From the NCBI GenBank assembly GCA_004022145.1, contig RCNU01000001.1: a stretch of 64,000 nt of DNA. One strand, written 5' to 3'. Positions 26,771 to 38,391 of this stretch are shown here, piece by piece. Source of the DNA: Paecilomyces variotii (Eukaryota). Made by a program: the position numbers and the translations under genes. The notes under the pieces were generated by a model. The model saw only the letters and a list, made by a program, of their open reading frames with translations. It was not told the DNA's origin and made no database searches. Numbering within the stretch: position 1 is the stretch's first letter; each line of letters begins with the position of its first letter.

Positions 26771-28934
26771 TCATGCCGTCTTCACGTCTTCGACATTATT
26801 GACTGTCCCACCAACGGCAGCCTTCTCTTCCTCCTCAAGGCCATGCTCACCATCCTCTCCCAGGAGAGCCAGGAGCCCAATCTCGCGCTCAATCCGAGCC
26901 TTGAGTGCGGCGTCTTCGACCGCCATACCAGTCGAGCCGAAAAGCTCATCCATCTCTTCCAGTGTACGGCCATTGGTCTCGGGGACGAAGAACCAAACAT
27001 ACAGGACCGCAATGAGGGTAACGCAGCCGAAGAATATGAAAGCGCCGAAGTTCGAGGTGTGGATGAAGGGAGAAGTGGAGATTCCGACTGAAAAGTTGTT
27101 CAGCTAGTGTGTAATGTTAGTCTGTACTTATTCGTGCAGGACACAAGGCGGACAAAGGAACATACCCAGTTGGCACTGCCACCAAGACTGACGCCCTTGG
27201 CTCGCATACTCAAGGGGAAGATTTCAGAAATCACGATCCATGCACAAGGACTGCAGTCATGAGTCAGTAAAGAGCACTCTACGATGCTAGATTGCAGTAC
27301 TCACCCCCAGGAATACGCGAAGTTGGCGATGAAAATCCACACAAAAGCAACAGCAACCCATCCTGCGGCGCGGTGGTTCTGCCAGTCGCTGGAGTATGCA
27401 CCAATAATACCAGCAACGATGAAATGACACGAGGCCATGCCGATAGCACCCGCAAGGAGAATCTTCTTTCGACCGAAGCGGTCGACCCAGAGCACGGCCG
27501 GGATGGTGAAGACAAATTCGATGATACCAACTACTCCAGTAGCCAGGAGTGAGGTAGTGTTACCGCTGAGTTCGAATCCTTTGAAGATGAACGGACTGAA
27601 ACTGTTAGACGGCTCAGCTGCTACGGGTTTATTTTGTTGGGAACTCACGCATAATAGTTGATGGCATTGATACCATTCCACTGTTGGAAGGTCATGATCA
27701 AACACTACATGGAAATGTCAGTGTCAGCCATATCGGGAGAGTGGTTTGACAAGAACGTACAGCAACAATCGTGCGCTTGAAGAGCGACTTGTTCGTCACG
27801 AGAGATAGGTAGTCGTTGAAGGCGATCATGAAGCGGCTCTTGAACGATCCGTCCTGCCATTGAGGATACTTTTTGGTAGATGTTTCGATTTCGAAGAGGC
27901 GCATGGCCTTCACCTCAAGGAACTCGATGCGCACAAGCAGGTCATCGGGCGATGTCCGTCGGAGCTTGGCTAGGGTCTCTAGACACTCCTTTTCGCGACC
28001 CTGGTTCATCAGATGTCTTGGTGACTGCGGCATGAAGAGGATCATACCCGCAGCCAAGAGGAGGGCGGGAGCCAGTTGAATGCAGACCGGCACCAACCAG
28101 GCTGCGTCGGATTGTCCTTGTCCAGTTCCACCGATATAGTTTGTACCATATCCGATCTAGAAGAAGTCAGTCAGTATTCCAGTTACAGTATCTCAGTCCA
28201 GTGGTTGACTAACCCAGAAGCTGACCATAATTCCAAAAGTGATGGCGAGCTGCTGCACGGCGACAAGCGATCCTCGAATTTCAGGGGGAGCCTAGGAAAT
28301 GGTTATTATGCGGCGACGGATTCTCCATGGCTCCGTGATACTTACCAACTCTGCGTTGTAAAGAGGCACAATCATACTCAAACTTCCTACACCCAGACCA
28401 GTGACGAAACGACCAGCAAAAACGTAGTCCTTATTCTCAGTACAGGCCTGGACGATGACTCCCACCATGAAGACGACACAGGCAATCAGGGCGCACACTC
28501 GACGTCCAACCGCATCGGCCAAGTATCCGTTAAACAAAGTACCCAGCCAGGCACCCAATTCGAGAATAGAGGTCATCAGACCCTGGGCTGTTCCGGTTTG
28601 AGCTGCATATCCATTTGTCTAGGGACGAGTTGTGTAGTCAGTACACAAACTGGTTCAATTTTGTGTCACGGAGACAAACATACGCGGTTGATAAAAGAGG
28701 TCATGGTCAAGACCTGACTGAACATTCCCTGGTTGTCTGTAGATTCAGGATCAGCTCTGCATACCCTCGTCTCTAAGGATAACGTTGTCTCTTACACCCA
28801 TAGACCAAACCTCCCAGGGATGCAAAAAATGCAATTGCCGTCGTCTGTCCATTTGCCAGCAGGCCACGGAATCCCGAAGGACCAGCGAGCTGAGCTCGTC
28901 TTCCGGACACCTGCGCATCAGCCACGGGAGCCAT
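26771..28934 (-). CDS. MFS sugar porter (monosaccharide transporter), multi-exon
   Basis: Exons give 'FASLGGLVYGYNQG', 'ADAVGRR', 'GRFVTGLGVG', 'PLYNAE', 'PQSPR', 'QQWNGINAI', 'VDRFGRK', 'YSWGP', 'EIFPL..RAKG' and 'PETNGRTLEEMD', separated by GT-AG introns. Confidence 0.93.
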
Positions 28935-29090
28935 CTTTGTGTCGTCCGCAGTTCACCTTTTACTTGGGAAAAAAAGGGGGGGAAAGGGAAAACAACAGTG
29001 GCAAGAGGAGTGGAATCTATTTTCTCACCGTTCCCACTGCCTGCCTCGCGATGGAAGACACTGACCCCATGGGCAGTGCTCCATACGAGC

Positions 29091-29219
29091 TGTATTTAAA
29101 TCGAAGCCAGTGCTCATCTGGGGCTCCCCACGGGGACTGCAACCGTGCCCATTTTGGGGTCGCGATGAATTCAGGCTAAAGAGACAGTCTGGGGATATCA
29201 CTATCCGGACGGGGCTAAG
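29091..29219. promoter_or_regulatory. Sugar-porter promoter: two XlnR-type GGCTAR motifs and three CreA-type SYGGRG motifs
   Basis: GGCTAA at 29174 and 29213; CTGGGG at 29118 and 29189; CCCCAC at 29126; TATA-like atttaaata at ~29093-29101. All lie 160-285 bp upstream of the ATG. Confidence 0.45.
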
Positions 29220-30922
29220 CTTTTCTCGTGGCTTCTGAAGTTCTGCCCGACGCCTTCAGACTCGACAAGAGGCCATCACGGCGTCGTCTGAGTGCTCTTG
29301 GCATGCTGGGATGCCGCGAAAGCCGGTGGCATAGCGAACCGAGAGCCCTGTTGGAAGATGCGATGCCGTGCAGTGTTCAGCCCTTCTGCACTCTTCCATG
29401 TCGCCGTGCAAGGCTCATCCCGAACGCAGGTGGCCTCAAGTATCACAGACGGACGGATGATCAACATACTACGATATCCTCGTCGCATGTTTGCCTACGC
29501 CAACTATCTAACTAATTACCTGCAGCTCCTGTTACGGGTTGAGGTAGAAAAATCACAACATCCTCAGTACTTAATGGTCGCCCATTCACGAGGAGAACGT
29601 CATTTTGACCACGAGTGATTATTTCTTCCATCGGTTCAAGACATAGAACTTCCCCAATCGGTACCGTTAACAGCTTCTTCTTTTACCCGGCCACTCAGCA
29701 GCAAGTCTGTGGGGACGGTGGATTATCTTCGATTTAACCAGAGAATGGAGGTTGGCCGAGGTCTTCCTCCACGTTTTCCCCCTTCAATGTCGGGGTTTTC
29801 CGCCACCTCCACGCGCTCCGCATCCCGGGGTCCATTAGCTACTACTACAGTTAGTGTTGCCGGGAAAAAGTCGGGCCTGGGAAAATGTGAGATCAAACGG
29901 CTGAGACCACGCGAGAAGAAAACAGGGATGTCCGCTTTCGTCTGTTATCCCACAGTCACAATCCGTGTGCTGCCTCGCTGCTCGATTCTACGAGTTTCCG
30001 AGGCGGACTGGAGGCCTGCTTCTTTCACTGTCCATGTTGGAGTTGCGGTCCATGGCTTTCCATCCCGTCTCCGGGTTTGAGCCGGAGAATAGACAGCTTC
30101 CCATCAGCCGAGACATCTACTCTGATCCTTCGGCTGACTGGGATAGACCGACTATCTAACTAGCCGGAGGGATGTCCTCAACGCGTGGCATCCCACGTCC
30201 TGATTGGATTCAGAGATTCAAGCCCCATTCTGGTTGCACATGGCTGCAGTCAGCGAAGCGATTGTTTTTCTGTCTACTACTTCATAATCTTAGTGGTCAC
30301 GGATTTAGCCAGCGAAACACCAAGAGACCAAGAGACGCCAAAAGACAGGTGCAGTTTTTATAGACATACGCAATAAACCAGCTGATTCGTCCACATGGAA
30401 TGCTGGCACTAAGCGTTGCAGGACTACCCGAAGGTCGATTACTCTCTAGCTCTGGCAGATACCGTACACTCGCGATGACCGCGATGTGCTCGCTGTTTTG
30501 CCGTTGACCCCGATCCCGAGTCAGCTGAGCATTATAGTACTCTCGGCTTTGGCTTCAATATCGGCTTGCAGTCCAGACCGCCTGGGCCGCTTAGCTTTGG
30601 TTTCAGGACACGGAAGATGATGGACGATTCATGTTCCATTTGCTTCTGGGATTCTACAGACCATGACAATCCGGTCATCGACTGCAGTAGTGGCTCCTTA
30701 CTATTACCTCATTGGCAGATTCATGCCTTCCTCAATACCACAAATCACCATACAGAGAATGGAAATACCATAGAGGTCAGTTCGCGAATCTCAAAGCTAG
30801 ACTGATGTCCCAACTAACAAATCTTGATTTCTACCGTCGGGCGCCATCGCAGTCAGTGGCGTTTGGGTGCTTTGGTGTTTGGCCGTTTTGGCGTCTTGTG
30901 TGGCTAATGTCTGGATGTCCAC

Positions 30923-31119
30923 TAACTAACTAGTAAAACCTGCCTACTCGTGGGCTTCCACGGTACAGCAGCGGCCGAGGACATAAGCTGCCACGTTCTC
31001 TAGACTTGGTTGCGCTGGAGAGCTTAACCCTAAGTAGGGTACCCTTGCGCGCTTCAGTGTTTTAGAAAGGTGAGGAAGAGGCCCGGGAGTCTATATAGCC
31101 GGTAGCTGCTAGTTAGTTA
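30923..31119. mobile_element. Possible MITE or solo-LTR relic (~197 bp)
   Basis: 11-bp inverted repeat taactaactag (30923-30933) / ctagttagtta (31109-31119) with TA at both outer ends; TA-rich interior. Confidence 0.3.
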
Positions 31120-31546
31120 ACTATAAAATATAGATCATTGTACTCCAGATAATGATGGTAAGCTGCTCCAGGTATCACTCATTCTCTGTGGCCTATTTGC
31201 CGTCTACATTTCGTTTCTAAGACAGTGATGGGGCTTTGTCACGAAGTTATTCTGCTCAATAGAGATTTAAGAAAGACACCCAGAGAACAAGCAGACTTTC
31301 GTGACCGGGTCGAAGCACACGAGATTCGCAATTATCACTTCTAGTTTTTATAGAGGTCTTTGAGCAGGATGTATAATTGCTCCGTCTATAGTGTACCAAT
31401 GTGGTCGGATTGAGCGCGCAGTGATTCATAAGCAGAAAATTCACTACGAGTCAGTACATTTGGGGAGAATTGCCATTGTTGTTGCTTTATCTGGAGCCAG
31501 CCAGAGTAACATTAAACTATAATAATATGATTGCAGGCGAAAATCT

Positions 31547-31895
31547 TCAGCACTTGGCATCGGACATCTCATCGTCGTTATCTCCTTGCTTTTCTTTCTC
31601 TTCCTCCTCCTCCTTCTCCTCCTCCTTCTCCTCCTCCTTCTGCTTCCCCCCAACCCCCGCAAGGCGGCGCAATTCAGCGGCCCTTGCCCGCTTGCGCGCG
31701 GCTTCCTGCTCCTCTCTGCCAGCGGCTTCCTCGAGACGCTTGGCCTCAGCCAGCTAATATAACACGGAATGGATTAATCCCTTTCCAACGTAATAAAGTC
31801 ACGCATGTTAGATAGAGACTTACCAGGCCCTGCTCCGTCTTCAGGGAGCTCTTTATCTTTTTCTTGGCTTCCTTTTTCTTCTTCCCGATTCTCAT
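31547..31895 (-). CDS. Small two-exon highly charged protein (92 aa), hypothetical
   Basis: MRIGKKKKEAKKKIKSSLKTEQGL, then a 70-nt intron GTAAGT...TAG (31754-31823), then in-frame LAEAKRLEEAAGREEQEAARKRARAAELRRL...EEEKEEEKEEEEEK...DAKC*. Confidence 0.55.
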
Positions 31896-32394
31896 GGCTC
31901 TTGGCTGGCGCCTATCGAGACGGGGAGCCTCGATTGTCAGGTGAGCGCCCGCGCTCACCTGGATGATGTTCTATCTCTCAAATCAGTATAGCCCCTTTAT
32001 ATTTTCCATAATATGTTCGATGTCAATTACCTGGGGTGGTGCCATTGGGGTCGTAAAATCGTCGATTGTGGTTGTTCCGTTTATCGAGAGTGAGGGAGCT
32101 AGACACTCGTTAGATCAAAGATACATATACATGATGGTGATTATTATACACTCACAGTGGTCTCAAGGAGGTGCTCGGAGGTAGAAAAAGAGAGGACGAG
32201 GGAGAAGAATCGGAGGATTATATATGCACAGAGCACCAAAAAAACCTATCAATAAGGAGGAAGATAATAGTCATTATAACAATAATAATACAACCTATTC
32301 AATGGATAGATGAGCAATTCAATCCTATTTCGAGTAATTCTGTTTGTTTCGGCCTCATTGTCATTTCTGGCTTCAATAGGCGTATTCAAATATC

Positions 32395-32734
32395 ATGCAA
32401 CATAGAAAATGAACACCACTCGTTTGTCTGCATATCGGCGCTCAATAGTATTGAGAATCCCTCCTATTATGAATCTAGCGTCTAGAGCATTATGAGCACG
32501 TACAATACAGATGACTATTTTGCTTTGCACTTCTCATTTTTTAACTTAAAGTTCTGTTGAAAGTCATGCAACATAGGAAGTGAATACTACATGTTTGTCT
32601 GCATACCGGCGCTCGATGGTATTCAGAATCCCTCCTGTTATGAAGTTGGTGTCTAGAGCGTTATGAGACGTACTGTGCAAATGGCTATTTGCTTTGTATT
32701 TCCCTTTTTCTAACTTAAAGTTCTGTTGAAAGTC
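32395..32734. repeat. Diverged tandem duplication (171 + 169 bp)
   Basis: Units 32395-32565 and 32566-32734 both start atgcaacatag and end taacttaaagttctgttgaaagtc. Confidence 0.92.
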
Positions 32735-32908
32735 AATTCTGCTTCTATGATCGGCCTGCCATGGTTCAGATCAGGCTGCTTACATGCATCTAGGTAGGAA
32801 TTACCAGTGCATCCCTATTCCTTGACGTGGCAATATAAATATGTCAAAGGCCCCAGGAAAAGACTCTTTCTGGACTCGCCGCACTTGCGATATTATACCG
32901 AATTACTC

Positions 32909-34556
32909 ATGGTAGCGCCATCAGATACAGACTGCATCATCTGCAGTCTGCACTTTGGCTATTGGGTAGGCTACCAGCCGTGGCATACGAAGTTCAGAGC
33001 ATGTAAGCACAAAACCAAGGCTTTATTTATCTCTTACGTCTATTTGCTGATACAAATTTCATTGAGTGTACCGTGGACAATACGGTGTGGGATTAACTGG
33101 AATCGGCTACACTTGGAATGACAGGGAATACCGAGTTCCCTATGATGAAAGGGAGCGATGGGACACCACGGACGACTTAATTCTCCTCATTTATCCCCCG
33201 TTCCGAATTTGGGACGTCTACTTATTCCATGAAAAATGCTGGGACAATCTTATGGAGCATATTGACGGGGCGGAATTTGATCTGGATAGTTTATATGAGG
33301 CTCTTGAGTCTTTCCCACGCACGAAATGTTGTTAAGTCCCTTTCATTGAGTTTAAAATTTCTATATACTCACATCTCTTGTGTTTACTTAGGTCCATGGG
33401 GATTCCAATGGCACGATGGGGACGAGAGCTATGATATCTTCATTATTCCGACGCTGGAACAACTCATGCAGTCACCACGAGTGTGCCCTCTCCCAACAAG
33501 ACACATCCCACGGGAGCTCCCACGAAGTCCAACCGATCACTTTAGTTTGCTTCCAGTTGAGCTTCTTGAAGCTATTGCCGTCGATCTCCCCACTTCAGAC
33601 GTCCTGAGACTGCGTCTTACTGCAAGAGCAATGGCACCGATCTTCACAAGCAAAATATTCTGGAAATCGAGATTCTCCATCAATGGTGAACGCGGATTCC
33701 TCCGCCCTGTCATCCAGCAAGAAATTGAAGGGAACGGCGGTAAACAAGTTGACTGGCGACTTCTTTACCACTGCACTTGTAAGTTAAAGTGCAGTCTGGA
33801 ATTCGACTATCAGATCAGGATTTGGGAATCATTAAGGTGGCTCAGAGACGCAACACTTGCCAGGTGTTCAAATAAACGCAAACAACAAGGCAGCGTTCCT
33901 GTTCTTCAATGTGATCTGCCACTAGACTTCCGCGGCCGGGCGCTACAAGGCTATCATAATACCTTCTATCCCAACACACACAGAGAATCCGTTCATCTAG
34001 TTCGGCCGCTTAAGAGAATGATCGCTATGGTTCTCCAAATCGATGGAAAGATTTACATCACCGGACTTGAGTTTATCTTTGACGGTATGCCCAATGTTCT
34101 TATCGGCTATAAGACGCCTGGGGCTGTAATAATAGACAGTAACACGCCGGAATTGGTCAACAGAAGAATGTATAAGTATCCAGGGATAGGGTTTACGACA
34201 GAAATTTCGTGCTTGAGAGGGTTTGGCATACACATCACACCTGGTGGCCTTCATTTTATGACGGTTATCCAGGAAGACGTCACATACTATCTCGGTGGAA
34301 ATCCACCTCCCAGGGAGTCCCAAGAATGTGATCTCCGTTTGGATGAGGTTATGGAAGTGGTAGGTACATTTGACGTGAGTTCCCGGACCTTCGTTCTATG
34401 AACAATTCGGATTTCATTCTCATGATTTGCAAACAGCATTGTAAGATGTTAGACCTTGGAGTCCGGGGTAGAGGAGAGAGGAAAGATAGAGATGGCAAAG
34501 ATCGATGGGACAAAATGGTTTGGCGTCGTCGCCGAATGCGCCGTGGGATTTACTGA
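32909..34556 (+). CDS. Fungal F-box domain protein (4 exons)
   Basis: N-terminal CxxC...W...FRA exon and 'FHEKCW' exon. F-box 'DHFSLLPVELLEAIAVDLPTSDVLRLRL', then 'FWKSRF...ERGFL', 'VDWRLLY' and 'YITGLEF...IGY'. Introns at ~33003-33066, ~33331-33391 and 34375-34436. Confidence 0.8.
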
Positions 34557-35562
34557 GATACTTTTTTTCGACTTCCTCTTACCGGAATTCCTTACGGGGG
34601 GGTTCTTCGACACCTTTGTCACGAGCTCTACCTTGAGGTTTTCTAGCACTGGATAGCTTCATGCGTCCGACACAACATTCATATACAACGAGATATGTGT
34701 TACCTATCTCGCAGGCTCCATACACCAAATGCGTCTCAGACGATCACCTGTCGGCGCTGTGTACTTGGCCTTCTTATCCGAGTGGCTGAGAGAATTGTTG
34801 AACTTCTTAGAGAAACACACTAGCTGGTTATTTCAATATGATTTATATGCTCTTTTAACCCATGCATCATACATAACACGAAATCCGAAGTTCTTCTTCG
34901 GTGAGAATAGCATATGACCCGACCTAACATGCTTTCGGGGGTAACGCCGATGCAGTAAATGCACCAGAGCTCAAGACAAATACATGGCTTCAAGTCATCG
35001 CGTGTCAAATCTTGTAACTATTCTTTTTGTGTGGCACTTTCTCTCCGCCGTATATTGAGATAGGGGACTCTCCAAATGTAGACTGTTTAGGCAAGTATTC
35101 TATCTGCGGATTGATATGAACATTTACCAATGCTACCAACACCAATACACAAATGGCTAAGTAGTATTCACTTTCCCCATTCCATGATATTAGTCGAATA
35201 CGACAGACATGTCTGAAGCCCTTGAGGGGTAAGGATACTAGGGAATGAAGCCATACAATGGTCATACTTCTATTTCTCACAATATATTGTCCACCCTAAA
35301 CCCTTCTGAAGATGGATTTCGTAGCTGTAGGCATGGAGTTCAGAGAGAAAAATGAAAGGTCAGAGAAGAAGTGAAGTTAAGAAGGAGAAGTGAATTATTT
35401 CGCCCAGCTTGCTGGTGTGTTACTGGCCTACAGGCTTTGTTTTCTTCCCTCTCCCCATTCGCCTCACCTAGAGACACGCACTCTACTCACTCAGCAACTC
35501 GGGTCAGACTGAATATTTCTGGAAGAAAGATAACTCTTTTTTTCTTCGTCTCATTATTCAAA

Positions 35563-36156
35563 ATGGCGCAGCCCACGGTACCAAAGTACATGGCAGATGC
35601 CCCTATGAGGGCATATCTCGCTGAAGTGACAGGCGATGTGTACGAGGAGAGGATTGACCAGACCTGGCTCAATATCCTCAGATACTACTTCCCTCGAAAA
35701 GACTTCGGCTTAGAGAGAGAATCATATCCCGATGACCCCAAGGTCTCCAAGAAGAAGCTGAATGTCTGTGTGACAAACGTCAGACAGGGGAGGTTGCAGA
35801 AAGTCTTCTTCATTGAGTCTAAGCGCTTCCCTCACAAGGCTGAAAACAACGCTGACTGGGCTCAAAGCTATCGCTGGAGTGTTCACACAGGACAACTCGA
35901 GGACTATATACTTAGGGCTCGGAGATCTTCTGGCTACAGGCAGACTGTTTATGGGCTGCTAGCTATTGGAGACCATGCGAGGTTTTACCAGATGCGTATG
36001 ACGGGCGGCTCGGAGAAGTTGACACCATACACTGATGGTGGACTAGGCGGGCAACCGCTCACAACACCTCTGAATATTAATACTGATGGCCCGGAGATCG
36101 AGAGGATCTTGGACGCCATCAGTGCCACGATCAGAGATGGAGACAACGACTTTTAA
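35563..36156 (+). CDS. Restriction-endonuclease (PD-(D/E)XK)-fold-like protein, 197 aa, intronless
   Basis: Pattern W..IL..YFP / 'VFFIESKR' (ExK) / 'GQLEDY' (QxxxY) / 'YGLLAIGDHARFY', typical of fungal REase-like hypothetical proteins. Confidence 0.65.
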   Translation: MAQPTVPKYMADAPMRAYLAEVTGDVYEERIDQTWLNILRYYFPRKDFGLERESYPDDPKVSKKKLNVCVTNVRQGRLQKVFFIESKRFPHKAENNADWAQSYRWSVHTGQLEDYILRARRSSGYRQTVYGLLAIGDHARFYQMRMTGGSEKLTPYTDGGLGGQPLTTPLNINTDGPEIERILDAISATIRDGDNDF

Positions 36157-36610
36157 GCGATGGCGAATGGAGTTGACACTTGGACATCAGCAAGATTAAG
36201 GCATTGTCATTTTGGTACCTAGCCTAGGGTCTTGTATTAATAGCAAGACTAAGGAACCGGTTTAGGAAACCCCTAAACCCAACCTAAGGGCTTGAAGTCA
36301 TCGCGTCCAGAATGTGTCAACTCCCCTTCGGGCATTCTTTCTTCGGCTTGTCCGGGGGCAGAGAGTTCGTCGAATACATACAAACAGGCTGTTTGTTCAT
36401 ATAGCGATCGTGCGTTGATTCTATTGACCCTGCTATCAGGAGAACTGTTATACTAGCTGTGGCAACTGCAAAAGATGGTTTATTTATAAACTAGGTTTGC
36501 ACCCCATTGCTACTATATATACACAACGCTAACGAAACTACGTACAATGAACAGATGCAATATATATACACAAAGGAAACGGAAAAAAACAAAAAAAACA
36601 AAACGCGTCT

Positions 36611-38391
36611 TCACTGCCCTTTCTGGAAACATGGCAACCATTCCTTCAAAGCGTTGATGAAATACCCTCTCGAGGTGGCCCCAGCGGGGAAAGTAGTGCG
36701 GAAGTCGAAACAGTGCTCTGCGTTGGGCATGATGTATCCGAACACCTCGTCCTCGCTGGTGCGAACCCCACAGCCGGGGACCTCTGTCGTGAAATTGACA
36801 TTGGCTGGGGCGAATGATTCGGTTGACAGCGTCGAGAGAGGCCTCCATGGATCATATTGCCCACCGCTGAAGTAAACATTGGATGGCCGTATTGTCCAAC
36901 CTCCGGTTTGCGCATTTACCAGAGCAGTTTGCGGCTGGGGTGGCAGCAGACCGCTACTCAAGCCGTCTGGGAATTGTCGATAACAGACCTGCTGGGCATA
37001 GTCGTTCGTCTGATATTTGGATAAAAGCGCATGTGGGCCAATATTATCGCTCTGGAAATACCCCCACTGCGTACAGTACTGCCAGGTCCAGCTGATAGTG
37101 TCTGGGTTGGTGGATGGCCGACCGAGTTCACAAGATGATGAGCGCGAGGTGTCTGAACCTTTGCAGTTGGTGCCAAAAAAGCTATTCATCAAAGGAGTCA
37201 TCATCGGCCACGAAGAAAGCCTCTTTGTCACAGCCTGGCCAGTGTTGATTATAGCGAAGGTACTGTTAGTGTTGTTTCCGCTGCTTGATTCCAAATAGCC
37301 GCATAAAGCGCTGAGGGATGCAGAGCCACCGCCCATTCCATAGCTTTGGAATAAACCGTAGATTGAGGTAAGAGCAGCTGTGAAGTCGGCATTGGCGTTG
37401 TTTTCCGCTCCTGGTCCCAGAAAGAGTCGTTTGATACTCGCGGCAGTCTGGCTACCATCCAACTGGTCGTCGATATATGCGAGCGCGGCATGGAGATCTT
37501 TGGCGCAAGTTTCATATCCGTACCCCACCATTCCACGATACACTTGATCCCAATAGGCACTCAAATCGATACGAGCCTCTACCGGGGCGGATGAAGAGAA
37601 GGCAGCGAAGAAGGTCTCTGGATATTGATTTCGGGAGAATGCTGCGCGCATTCCGGAATAAGACCCTCCAACCATAACCCACGGTGTCGACTTCGGTGTA
37701 AGATCTTGGTCGGGAAAAGCTGCTCGGCTGAAGTTGCTAGCGAAATATGGCAAATCAGCCAGGGCTTGCTCGTTGGTCAGATATTTGAAATTTTCAACTG
37801 GTGTATCGGGGCCAACATCGAAGGGTAGCGAATCCCCGTAGTAGCTGTTTGGTGGGCATCAGCAATGAAGCTCATGTCATTTGCAGAGGCGAACAATGAT
37901 CTCTTACCGATGCTCCCATACGATACCAATGGCATTGAATTCTTTCAGGAACTGTTGGAAGAATTGAGTCGAGTTGCTCAGGTACGCCTGGGCTGACGAT
38001 TCAGCGTTTGCTTCGCCGCCATCATATACAATGACTGGGCCCCCTGGTTCATAGTATGCATCCGTGACCCAGTATCGGTTCTTGTAAGTACCAACTGAAT
38101 GATCTCCGTGGTCGATGGGAAGCTTCCAAATGTCTCAGAAAATGAACATCAACTAACGGGTTTTAAGGAACTTACTGTAGCATATTCCGCTGGAACATTT
38201 TCTGCAGCCGAGTTGGCAACCATCGTACGAAAGTTCTCATGGCGAAAGAGCACGGTATCTGCATCCAAGCCTAGATTCGCTGCGAGCTGTAGATCTCTAA
38301 GTGTGGGCGACATCAACACGCCCATGCTCGAGGAATATCCAATCAGCGAGACCAGGGCTATCGCCGCGAGGGCTGACCGGCAAGAACCCAT
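36611..38391 (-). CDS. Secreted serine carboxypeptidase, family S28
   Basis: Signal peptide, 'PIDH..YKNRYWV', 'WEHRYYGDS.P', 'QALADL', nucleophile 'GGSYSG', 'WTWQYCTQWG', 'YDPWR', 'AEHCFD'; two introns. Confidence 0.93.

Noticed and set aside
31025-31033. Telomere repeat word taaccctaa
   Set aside because: A single unit; not an interstitial telomeric array on its own.
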